Positions 21,501-28,938 of a stretch of 64,000 bases of DNA are shown here, in pieces. The stretch comes from a virus (lineage: Duplodnaviria > Caudoviricetes), in IMG/VR virus record IMGVR_UViG_3300020048_000104, positions 9,084-73,083 of that record. One strand, given 5' to 3'. Under the pieces are notes generated by a model, which was not told the DNA's origin, made no database searches, and saw nothing but the letters and a program-made list of their open reading frames with translations. The position numbers and the translations under genes were made by a program. Every line of letters starts with the position of its first letter. Position 1 is the first letter of the stretch.

Positions 21501-23245
21501 TCTATCCTACTATGTCAGATAAGACTACAATGATGGTAGTTAATGCTTTAGCTAGAAAGATAGAAGTAAATGATGATTTTGAATTAGCTGATGACAAAGT
21601 TGTTGAATTATATGATGCTATAGTTATGCCTGAAATACAACGTATGCTATCAGAAAAGTCTGATAACATTGCAGGATATAAACCAAACTTCTTCTATTTT
21701 ATTCCTTCTTTAAATGAAGTCACTGTTACTATCAATGGTAAAGAAAAAACAATAGTAGAGCATGTATTAAGTTCTAATGGTGAAATTACAGATGATTTAA
21801 GAAATATTATTCTTGAAGAATTGAAAACAACTTTTCAACAATTAACAGAAGATAAAATTGATGAGTGGGTAGAATTAGGTGTAGGTGTTAATAATGCGTT
21901 CTTAAACAGTCCTTACATGGATAACGTAGCAGAAGGATTGACTAAACCTAAAGCTGATGATAAAGTAAGTCAGAAAGTAAGATACGCAGCTACTGACTAT
22001 GTATTTAATTATTTAATAGCAAATGCAGAGATGTTCAAAGTATCTATTGGAGATCCTGCTTTATACGCAAAATTTAAAGATGGTAACACTGTTAAGCAAA
22101 ATCTGGAATCGACTTTTGGAAATATTGGAAAAAGATTGGCAGGAGATATAGCTCCTGGTATTGAATTAGCTGATTCTGAAAAGAACGAGTATTATCAAAT
22201 ATTTATGAATGATACAACAACACAAAGTAAAGCGTATCTTAATGAAATATTTGATAAAGTATCTGAAAACACTAAAAAAGAATATAGTAAAATTAAAGGT
22301 TCTGATGCTCAAGAGTACACTACTTGGCAAGAGCATTTATATGTATTGAATAAATTAGGTAGAATATCTAAAAAGCAACATACTGATTTTAGTGATAAAT
22401 TACGAAAAGGAGAAGAGTTAGATTTCAATGAGTTGAATCTTGTACTACAACCTATGAAGCCTGTTTACGTAGGAAATAGATTAGAGAAATTAGCTGATCG
22501 TAGAATCTATATCAAGTCATCTTCTTTTCCTTTGATTCCTCAACTTACAAAAGGATTACAAATTGATAAGTTGCGTGTACAAATGGAACAGTTTGAAAGA
22601 AGTAAAAACAGTACAGTTCGAGCATCTTTCAATACTGCTAATAAAGTAGGTAGTGTTGTACAAGCATTAGATGTATTTGATACTAATGGTAACGTATTAG
22701 ATGTTAACATCACAGATGCTAATGTATTGAAATTACAACGTAAGAACTTTAGGATTCAACAAGACGTACCTTATGACCATGAGAAATCAGCTGTTAACAT
22801 AGGTACTCAGGAACGTAAATTGTTATTCAATAATATCCTTAGTATTTCTAATTTTGACTATAACGGTAAAAAGCTAACAGGTGCTGAACTAAAATCAAAG
22901 TATGATGATTTGTATAAAAAAATGTTTGAGCATAAGCGTACATTGTTAGAAAAGGAATTAGGATTACTTGAAGATGTATCTGAAGAAATTAATCCTAAAG
23001 ACTTTTTATCTATTCGAGAAAGTAGTACATTTACAGCATTGGAAGAAATGGAGAAAGCAAGTGAAGCTATCAAATCTCCTGTTGCTAAATCTAAACTTAA
23101 AAACGAATTACAAGATAAGATGGGTACTAAGCAATTTGCAAGAGCTCAATATGTTAATAAGAATTTTGATAAAATAATAGAGAAATTAATGAATGCTAAA
23201 GTAAATGTATTCTTTGATGAAAACATAGATAAAAAATGTGAATAA
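15581..23245 (+). CDS. Giant virion protein carrying the N-terminal (beta-like) part of the virion RNA polymerase
   Basis: 2554 aa. The C-terminal third has crAss vRNAP-like motifs (KRLAGDIAPG, DAQEYTT, KPVYVG, IYIKSSSFPLIPQ, FRIQQDVP, IGTQERKLLF). The N-terminal part has Gly/Ala-rich ejection-protein helices. Confidence 0.7.
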   Translation: MLQPKKSTFLQDLKKHEDQLIKDGKIDDPKVLEEQLGGIPERVSSIDVLYPNKSPEEFENFEEYMPTQTVRSGQYSTEQLSNIRAENQSNWEQAGNASARFALNIVPSIVSGFASMLDIPGYFDAEHAATNDLVNTVEEWKQQVNQEIAPIYLENPDTPMDLGDFAWWMDRGEGLAESVASFLVQGAAMGAGVGALVKGANAFNNASKLAKLVGASAKTQSKVGTVANIFVEKAGTLTNAIALNQSEAVLEATSVYNDTKTYWLDKGYSMEDAKKQAAIGASTTMNMNRANILLNITSAYMFMTPMKLARKLVDPVSRANTLKSLVAEGSQEALEELINHSASQAGKAHGKGEEYGFNDAIKDMKSAEGIEAALLGAFGGIAQTGGSIAFKHSKYGTGSAVNKETGERESAYTQQTNRYEKQQKVIEDLKASGVKSFDVLNNLAYTMKLGQDMADAQNNNDIDKYNQLQAELFETKALTAFQSGTTQILEDLIRSSAGEDGETGISKEQVNEAISNLRELEAVYNNYENFENVDDLFFNRANKIRTERILRSQKANQIETKMNLQATAEQIAKKYKFKVDKEVVYKKEGVQTGTETLTTEQPITFSLENLGDNPGTTEDNRKVYDAFVEELSNTEVYKNAQEQDLTVEETENLLNGLNEKFVSLKSKEGQEKAKVEKAEKAIESERMSKILRDDFEDLDELRKMAAETKDDNVRRKAEKKIKTIETNRAIEAQQKKDDTVFNKYSTAIAKTDSSPEGKAEFEKLKAEIAKLKNLSPALKQRLADSIDARQRNMDAGMMSDEKVTKPNPSDENTVDLSELITNSKLPEDFVTDDVEENIEAEIADAVKEVYEKDRKPQLNEKGDLEYDFDRSEQGHDKGAFLARDFVQNEFSGKVTREDIDNELNEVNPDILNPDTLNEGTKITIKVDDDYDGDVYVGDTKEKMPWSERKKQIGNNPDTMRDEIPMVVVDNTGKKLFHIHDVNWINETNVYGDIESDRDALRAIRDKVLASGTSGVETSITSKSAGILFTTAKGESVLLKDGMPDPNLQLVVGKDNAFTDNSVDRESLLNKKIRDGQLYAIIPVGKEKIAIPLQRTQLKNNPEIYNTIVKAIEAYLDPENNQEFIEGVAKVGSKLDVSDLSNLSKFISQFVYLYPLEKNESLVDVVSRSSEKFNRQNSIISITGNSIEFCKPGISNSWGSISTNTPANMLPALLKRLKYVLSDVKTHAKKDKNTGKVITTDVAVVNAEGQVVSKPYREFIGENFKSNVLSTKINTKDGVKYVYSIQQNITFDTSFAPVQKKPVIATTTQSTNTQEADVESEIVDNALKQQLDNDVKQVVEDTQTYPTEKLINDLADLKAGNLKTFGESAEDAPDQKEVNYTIYIFENALRIRKEANNTTDLSQLINNDRKITLDSDDVSNDDDTDFQLIPETNVKNAVNDAISEMTVKGISLRQQNSLIGYIGSKIIKASIDKLQETGKSKVSINDIFDEVENDLKKDYQTYVDNILPNKAGRVKAILDDFAKVKQLTIAKIELMNTGTLTLKENNDAAEIESDDITTSVLSDEEMDMSDEASGGLENVLHSDDWTFTLDSKSTASANLKKFLTFVEDKEDGLTKFNELGFPEIIEFDVVYNTLHELLAGLPANYDKMLATLEAHTNKFPWLQTVIERLDDAPDQIRNEFVSDMAKHAITMKFILWNKLQNGKYVLFTKDANSASTQKRLLTTWNYNITDGNNPYSILKVDDSGTYVYDRTKIEPLVALAKEWENATVDNLPTNDELLKWLNAFGITVSEETLNELRLGKFKNKGTLTFQRLFTAHNGLVKVLATQIDKYSEKTKFDDTKIINDTVIQSLATMEASNAENIFSNSFNAGGKTIYTFSNNKYVINRFRDLKEDAQLRADLENVPFIKGSLWLNELNNNPAFNEHFGIDYLSLEAIKKEFTPSKDNRKLNNLTEDEHEVIKLAMFFNNYNNRQVSFFYPTMSDKTTMMVVNALARKIEVNDDFELADDKVVELYDAIVMPEIQRMLSEKSDNIAGYKPNFFYFIPSLNEVTVTINGKEKTIVEHVLSSNGEITDDLRNIILEELKTTFQQLTEDKIDEWVELGVGVNNAFLNSPYMDNVAEGLTKPKADDKVSQKVRYAATDYVFNYLIANAEMFKVSIGDPALYAKFKDGNTVKQNLESTFGNIGKRLAGDIAPGIELADSEKNEYYQIFMNDTTTQSKAYLNEIFDKVSENTKKEYSKIKGSDAQEYTTWQEHLYVLNKLGRISKKQHTDFSDKLRKGEELDFNELNLVLQPMKPVYVGNRLEKLADRRIYIKSSSFPLIPQLTKGLQIDKLRVQMEQFERSKNSTVRASFNTANKVGSVVQALDVFDTNGNVLDVNITDANVLKLQRKNFRIQQDVPYDHEKSAVNIGTQERKLLFNNILSISNFDYNGKKLTGAELKSKYDDLYKKMFEHKRTLLEKELGLLEDVSEEINPKDFLSIRESSTFTALEEMEKASEAIKSPVAKSKLKNELQDKMGTKQFARAQYVNKNFDKIIEKLMNAKVNVFFDENIDKKCE

Positions 23246-23718
23246 TGGAAAAATTATTAAATGAAGTAGAGATCAAAACATTGAATAAGTTTGGTCAGTT
23301 TGAATTAACAGCAAGTCAGACATATTTATTTTTAGCTAACAGAATGAAAACATTATCTTGTTTTGGAGCTGAAAAATTATTTAATGGTGAGTCAGATGGT
23401 GAAAGAGATCATTATAGAAAAATAGAAAAATTCATGAATAATTTAGGATGTGAACTTTCTGTTGAAGCATTAGATAAAGCAGAACATGATATTTCTAATA
23501 TCAAAGAAGCGTTAGAACTAGCTTATGTAATGGAAAAAGATTTACTAGATGCTTATGAAACAGCTGCTAGAAATTCAGAATTATCTTTAAAAGTTGTACT
23601 TTTGTTACAAAAATTTACAACACATCAGGTATCTGCTGTAGGTGAATTTAGTGACTTGTTAGCACGAATAGAACTTACTAATGATATGTTATTGTTTGAT
23701 AAAGAGTTAGGTAACTAA
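23245..23718 (+). CDS. Ferritin (FtnA-like four-helix bundle)
   Basis: Aligns by eye along its length to bacterial ferritin: ELTASQTY (E17/Y24), ERDH (E50/H53), AYVME (E94), HQ (Q127), FDKEL C-terminus. Its start overlaps the upstream stop (TAATG). Confidence 0.85.
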   Translation: MEKLLNEVEIKTLNKFGQFELTASQTYLFLANRMKTLSCFGAEKLFNGESDGERDHYRKIEKFMNNLGCELSVEALDKAEHDISNIKEALELAYVMEKDLLDAYETAARNSELSLKVVLLLQKFTTHQVSAVGEFSDLLARIELTNDMLLFDKELGN

Positions 23719-23728
23719 ATAGTATAAT

Positions 23729-26700
23729 ATGGCTTGTGAATATTTTGTAAACGGTGAATGGATTTCTGAAAATCAATTTAAAGAAATTTTAATTGGTGAT
23801 GAATCAGGAGGATTATTAGATGCTCTTATTAATTCAGGTAAAGTAGAAATGAAAGGATTTCCTACTGTCGATGCTCCTGTACGTGAAACATTAAGAAATA
23901 ACACAATACCTGTACAAAAATTACAGGCTATGTTAATTAAAGAAGTGAAGAGTAGAAAAGGTTATCCTATTAATATTCTTTCTGCTCTTGAATTAAATAA
24001 GGAAGGTACTGATTTCAAAATACCACTATGGTCAAGTAACTATGCTGATAAATTTGAAAGTTTATTAACATCAATTGTCAATAACAATGTCATTAAGCAA
24101 AAGTTCAATGGACATTCATATATCCTCGGATCTGAAGAAGGTTTTACTTTAAAAGAAGGTGACGATGCAGAAAATGAATTAAGTCGCTCAGGGATTGTCT
24201 ATACTGATTCATTTGATCCTAAAATAGGATTACAACCTATGCGAATAGGAGAAAATGGAGAAATATTACCTGCGCAGATTATGATTCCTTTTAATTTTAA
24301 AAACAAGGATCAATATGGTAATAAATTGAAATTGAAAGATTTTATGATTCCTGGTACTAACAAAATAGACTTATCTAAATTAGATCCTAAGATGTTAAAA
24401 CTGTTTGGGTTCCGTATTCCTACACAAGGACACAACTCAATGTCTACTGTAGAAATAGTAGGATTCCTACCAGAAGCATCAGGAGATTTAGTTTTAGCAC
24501 CTAAAGATTTTACTGTTCAGATGGGATCGGATTTTGACGTTGATAAATTATACACGTATATGTATAATGTACAACTTAAAGAAGGTAAATTAACTACAGA
24601 GTTTTCTGAAGATAACATAATTGAAAATGCACAAAACGCAATACTTGATATTCATCACTCAGTGCTTACTAATCCTGATAGTAATATAGTTAGTGCTATA
24701 TTAAAACCTGATGGGTTTGGAGATTTTAAAGATTTATCATCTGATGTTGTAGATAATAGGACAACAGCAGGAACATTAAAACAAACATTGACTATCTTAT
24801 CTGATTCGTATCAAAAAAAGAAATTTATATCAGGTACAGCAGGTAAAGACGGATGTTTAGGTTATGGTACAAAAGTATTAATGTATGATGGTAGATTTAA
24901 AGAAGTTCAAGATGTCATAGTAGGAGATCAATTAATGGGTATAGATAGTACACCTAGAAATGTAACATCTTTAAAAAGAGGGGTTGAACAAATGTACATA
25001 GTTCAGCAAAAAAGAGGTATTAATTATCGTGTAAACGAATCTCATATATTGTCATTGAAAGAACATATTCCTGCTTTATACAGTAAACCAGTAATCAATA
25101 ATGTTAGAGTTATTGATAAATCTAAACTATTGAGAGAAAAACAAATTATAACTAATAACATAAAAGTAAGTGATTATTTATTAGCAAATAATGATTTTAA
25201 ACGTAGAACAAAAGGTTATAAAAATACAAGTATTGAATTTCCTGATACTGATACTCCTATATCTCCTTATTATTTAGGACTGTGGTTAGGTGATGGTGTT
25301 ACTAAAGACATAAAAGAAATAGCAACTATTGATGAACTTATAGAAAATTATTTAGCTCTTACATTTGGTATTAGTAGTGTGTATGGACCAAATAACATAT
25401 CTAAACGAGTATTTGATAATGGTTTAAATGATAATTTTAAAAAAATATTTAATGTATCTAAGTGTGGTTTGTTACCAGGTTGTAAACATATACCTGATAG
25501 TTATTTATATACATCAAAAGAAAACAGATTATCTTTATTAGCAGGTTTAATTGATAGTGATGGTCATTATTGTAAAATAAATAAACAATATACATTTTCA
25601 AATATTAATGAGAAACTAATAAATCAAGTTGCTTTTCTTACAAGAAGTCTTGGTTTTTATACAGCTATTTATAGAAAAGAAGCTCAAATTTCAAAAAGAG
25701 GATTGAATGAGCAAGTATCTTTTAAAGTTAATTTTGTAGCAACTTATGATATACCTGTATTATTAGAAAGAAAAAAACAACTCTCTAATTCAGTATTCAA
25801 AAACAGATTATATACAGGAATTACTTTGAAAAAAGATGTTGTGGATAATTATTACGGATTTACTTTAGATGGGGATCATTTATTTATGTTAGAAGATTTT
25901 ACAGTAACTCACAATACTGGATCATTCTCATTAGATGCTACTTTTAATGCTATTATTCAAGGTAAGGATTTATTCTTTTTTAAACCTGAAACAGTAGGTT
26001 TAGATAAGTTTGGTAAGTATTCAAGAGATGAACAAATAGCAATGACTAGAGATACTTTTACATTAGGTAATTTATCATCTGATGGAGATTTGTCTAATCC
26101 TTATAATTTAAAATCTCAAAAGATACTTAATTCTGTAAATGGAGATATTAATAAATTATCAAAAGAACAAAGAGCTAAATTGAAATTCAAATCGGATGTG
26201 ATACAAGGATTACAATCATCTGCTGTGGATAATGCTAATGAGGAAATATTAGATAAAATTAATATTACTTCTCAAACATTTGATGCTATTCGTGGAATGG
26301 CTCAATTAGGATTTGAAGAATCTGAAATCGTAGGATTGATGACTCAAGATATTATGTGGGAATATGTTGATTTTGTTAAATCAAGAAAATCATCATTAAA
26401 AGAAGAATTTGCATCTGGAGATTCTTATGAAGATTTCTTATCTATAAAGAAAAAACAATATGATCCTAATGGTGATTTTGATAAATTAACACAAGAACAA
26501 ATCAATACATTAAGTTCTAAGTCAGGTACTCAATTAATTGATGTCCTTATCAGTAAGCAGTTAGTAGATGTAAAAGAAGGTAGTAGTACACCATTGTCTA
26601 ATTTAGAACAATTTGCTATACTTGATAAATTCATAAAATTTAGTGAAGTAGGTAAAGCTATTAAAACAGTACAGTCTACTATCAATACTGAATCATCAGG

Positions 26701-28936
26701 ACTTCCTAAAAACTTATTAGAAACTAATGCTAAGATAGAACAAATTAAAAGACTTCCTTTAAGTCCTATTGTTGGAGCTACTAAGCTATTAGGAGAGTTT
26801 GATAATAATAATAATTTAGTTAATCCTACTACTATAAATGGATTTGCTGCTTATCACGGTGCTATATTAGCAGATAAGATGTATGCTAAATATTTCCCAT
26901 ATACTACAAATGGATTCACTACTCAATACAATGAGTTATTAGAACATATCGCAGGAGAAGAAGTATCTGATTCTAAACGAGTAGATATTAAAATCAATGC
27001 GTTTAAAGAAATGCGTTCTTATTTATTTACAAGTGGTGCTTTAAATATTTACGATGGTAATGCTGAAGGTGTTCAAAGAAGACTATTTATTGATATTCCT
27101 GGTGAACATCAATCACTATCATCTATACTAAAAACCATAAAAGGACAAAATAAACAATGGTTTAATAACAATCAGTTTTTGAATAAGTTATTGTTTGAGC
27201 CTAGAGTTGATGGTAAAGTATCAAGAGTTGATTTCCAAGCAGCGACTGGAGAAAACTATGATGAACAAGCTATTTATTTAGGATTCATGCAGTTGTTTCA
27301 ATTAGACACACAAGTATTAGATACTAAATTTAATGGAGAAGATTATACACCTGCTAGACTAGCACACGAATTGGTAATGTATGCTTACTTAGAAGGAGGT
27401 TCTCAAGGATCTAAATCATTCATGAAATACATTCCTATTGAGTATTTAAAAAGTCAACGATTTGGAGAAGGATTACAATCATTAAGTAGTTTTGACTACA
27501 ATTCTATTTTTGGAGGTTCTGGAGTAGTAGCGAAGTATGTCAATCCTTCTCGTTTTACAGTACAATATTTTCAAAACAATCCTAATAATGCTAAGAAATT
27601 AACATTAGAAGATATAGATACCAATCATAAAAGCATTACAGCAGTTGATAATTTCAAATTAAAACCTGATGCTATTGCTGGTAATATGGTATCGTACACG
27701 AATGAATTAGGTGAGAAAACAAATACTCAAACAGGGTTTGTTGCTATATATGATTCTAAATTAAAAAGTAAATACGCATTGTATCAATATGATAATGTGG
27801 AACATGTATATAAACGTATTCCTGTTGTATCAGGTGCTTATGGATTTAAGCAATATAACATCAACGGTGATATTACAAAACCTGTACAAACAGCAAATGA
27901 GATAGTTGCACCAAATACAATAAATGTAAAACAACCATCAACACCATCTATGAATCCTGTTCCTGTACAACCTGTACAAGGCTACAATCCTAACATAGTG
28001 AATAATAATAATCCTATTGAGAAAGTAGGAGGTTTAGAGATCAATCGTAAATTAGGTAGTGATGCAGAAATAATAACAGACTTCTTTTTACAGATTGCTA
28101 ATAATCCTGCTGTTCCTAAGTATTATCAGGAATTAGCAAAGGAGTATTATAAATTAAAATTACCTCATGGTATTAAATTACAAGGAACAGATAAAGGAAA
28201 AGGATCTTATAATGCTGGTACTAATGTTTTAAAATTAAATAAAGAAGAGTTAAACGTAGAAGGTGCCTTAGAAACAGCTATTACTATATTGCATGAATCT
28301 ACTCATATTTTTACAAGTGCTGTAATAAAGAATTATGGTAATTTAAAAGGAGAACAGAAAGAAGCTGTTACACGTTTGAACGGTTTGATGAATAAGTATA
28401 TAGCTTTTCTTAATAAATCTGGTAAAGGACCTCAAAGAGAAGCATTTAGACAAGCATATAATGATTGGAAGAATGCAAAAGAATCAGGTGATAATACAAT
28501 GATTCCTAGTCCTGAGTTTACAAAAGATAATCTAAATGAGTTTTATGGTTCTATTAAATTAGAAGAGTTTGTAGCTATGGCACAAACATCTAAAGAGTTC
28601 CAGCAAATACTTAATAATGTAATAGATTCTGATGGTAAATCATTCCTTAGTAAAATGATGGAGCAAATAGGAAAGATTCTAAAATCAATAGGTATAAACC
28701 TTAATAAAAATTCATTACTGTATAGTACATTAGAAGGTGTTCAAAACTTAATTGATGTGAATCAGAAGAATGTAGAATCGTCTACAGAAACAGAACCTGC
28801 TCAGCAACTTACTGATTTAGTAAAACCAAAATTTAATCCTTTTGATGGAAGAAATCTTAATCCTAATGATTTGATTGATGAACAATTGTTACCTTTACAG
28901 GAAGATTTAGAAGAATTTAAACGAATGTGTAAATAA
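23729..28936 (+). CDS. Virion RNA polymerase catalytic (beta-prime-like) subunit with intein and C-terminal zincin-like domain
   Basis: FRIPTQG plus catalytic DFDVD (24530-24544), intein at aa 376-729 and HESTH (HExxH) at 28292-28306; about 1381 aa after splicing. Confidence 0.88.
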   Translation: MACEYFVNGEWISENQFKEILIGDESGGLLDALINSGKVEMKGFPTVDAPVRETLRNNTIPVQKLQAMLIKEVKSRKGYPINILSALELNKEGTDFKIPLWSSNYADKFESLLTSIVNNNVIKQKFNGHSYILGSEEGFTLKEGDDAENELSRSGIVYTDSFDPKIGLQPMRIGENGEILPAQIMIPFNFKNKDQYGNKLKLKDFMIPGTNKIDLSKLDPKMLKLFGFRIPTQGHNSMSTVEIVGFLPEASGDLVLAPKDFTVQMGSDFDVDKLYTYMYNVQLKEGKLTTEFSEDNIIENAQNAILDIHHSVLTNPDSNIVSAILKPDGFGDFKDLSSDVVDNRTTAGTLKQTLTILSDSYQKKKFISGTAGKDGCLGYGTKVLMYDGRFKEVQDVIVGDQLMGIDSTPRNVTSLKRGVEQMYIVQQKRGINYRVNESHILSLKEHIPALYSKPVINNVRVIDKSKLLREKQIITNNIKVSDYLLANNDFKRRTKGYKNTSIEFPDTDTPISPYYLGLWLGDGVTKDIKEIATIDELIENYLALTFGISSVYGPNNISKRVFDNGLNDNFKKIFNVSKCGLLPGCKHIPDSYLYTSKENRLSLLAGLIDSDGHYCKINKQYTFSNINEKLINQVAFLTRSLGFYTAIYRKEAQISKRGLNEQVSFKVNFVATYDIPVLLERKKQLSNSVFKNRLYTGITLKKDVVDNYYGFTLDGDHLFMLEDFTVTHNTGSFSLDATFNAIIQGKDLFFFKPETVGLDKFGKYSRDEQIAMTRDTFTLGNLSSDGDLSNPYNLKSQKILNSVNGDINKLSKEQRAKLKFKSDVIQGLQSSAVDNANEEILDKINITSQTFDAIRGMAQLGFEESEIVGLMTQDIMWEYVDFVKSRKSSLKEEFASGDSYEDFLSIKKKQYDPNGDFDKLTQEQINTLSSKSGTQLIDVLISKQLVDVKEGSSTPLSNLEQFAILDKFIKFSEVGKAIKTVQSTINTESSGLPKNLLETNAKIEQIKRLPLSPIVGATKLLGEFDNNNNLVNPTTINGFAAYHGAILADKMYAKYFPYTTNGFTTQYNELLEHIAGEEVSDSKRVDIKINAFKEMRSYLFTSGALNIYDGNAEGVQRRLFIDIPGEHQSLSSILKTIKGQNKQWFNNNQFLNKLLFEPRVDGKVSRVDFQAATGENYDEQAIYLGFMQLFQLDTQVLDTKFNGEDYTPARLAHELVMYAYLEGGSQGSKSFMKYIPIEYLKSQRFGEGLQSLSSFDYNSIFGGSGVVAKYVNPSRFTVQYFQNNPNNAKKLTLEDIDTNHKSITAVDNFKLKPDAIAGNMVSYTNELGEKTNTQTGFVAIYDSKLKSKYALYQYDNVEHVYKRIPVVSGAYGFKQYNINGDITKPVQTANEIVAPNTINVKQPSTPSMNPVPVQPVQGYNPNIVNNNNPIEKVGGLEINRKLGSDAEIITDFFLQIANNPAVPKYYQELAKEYYKLKLPHGIKLQGTDKGKGSYNAGTNVLKLNKEELNVEGALETAITILHESTHIFTSAVIKNYGNLKGEQKEAVTRLNGLMNKYIAFLNKSGKGPQREAFRQAYNDWKNAKESGDNTMIPSPEFTKDNLNEFYGSIKLEEFVAMAQTSKEFQQILNNVIDSDGKSFLSKMMEQIGKILKSIGINLNKNSLLYSTLEGVQNLIDVNQKNVESSTETEPAQQLTDLVKPKFNPFDGRNLNPNDLIDEQLLPLQEDLEEFKRMCK
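24854..25915 (+). mobile_element. Intein with LAGLIDADG homing endonuclease in the vRNAP gene
   Basis: Starts CLGYGTKVLMYDG and ends DHLFMLEDFTVTHN followed by Thr; internal YYLGLWLGDG and LLAGLIDSDG blocks; 354 aa. Confidence 0.92.
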
Positions 28937-28938
28937 TT

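Noticed and set aside
23000-23900. Split intein joining the two RNAP halves
   Set aside because: No Cys/Ser-initiated Hint N-fragment at the end of the first ORF and no HN/N+1 C-fragment at the start of the second; the terminal segments do not resemble Hint blocks.
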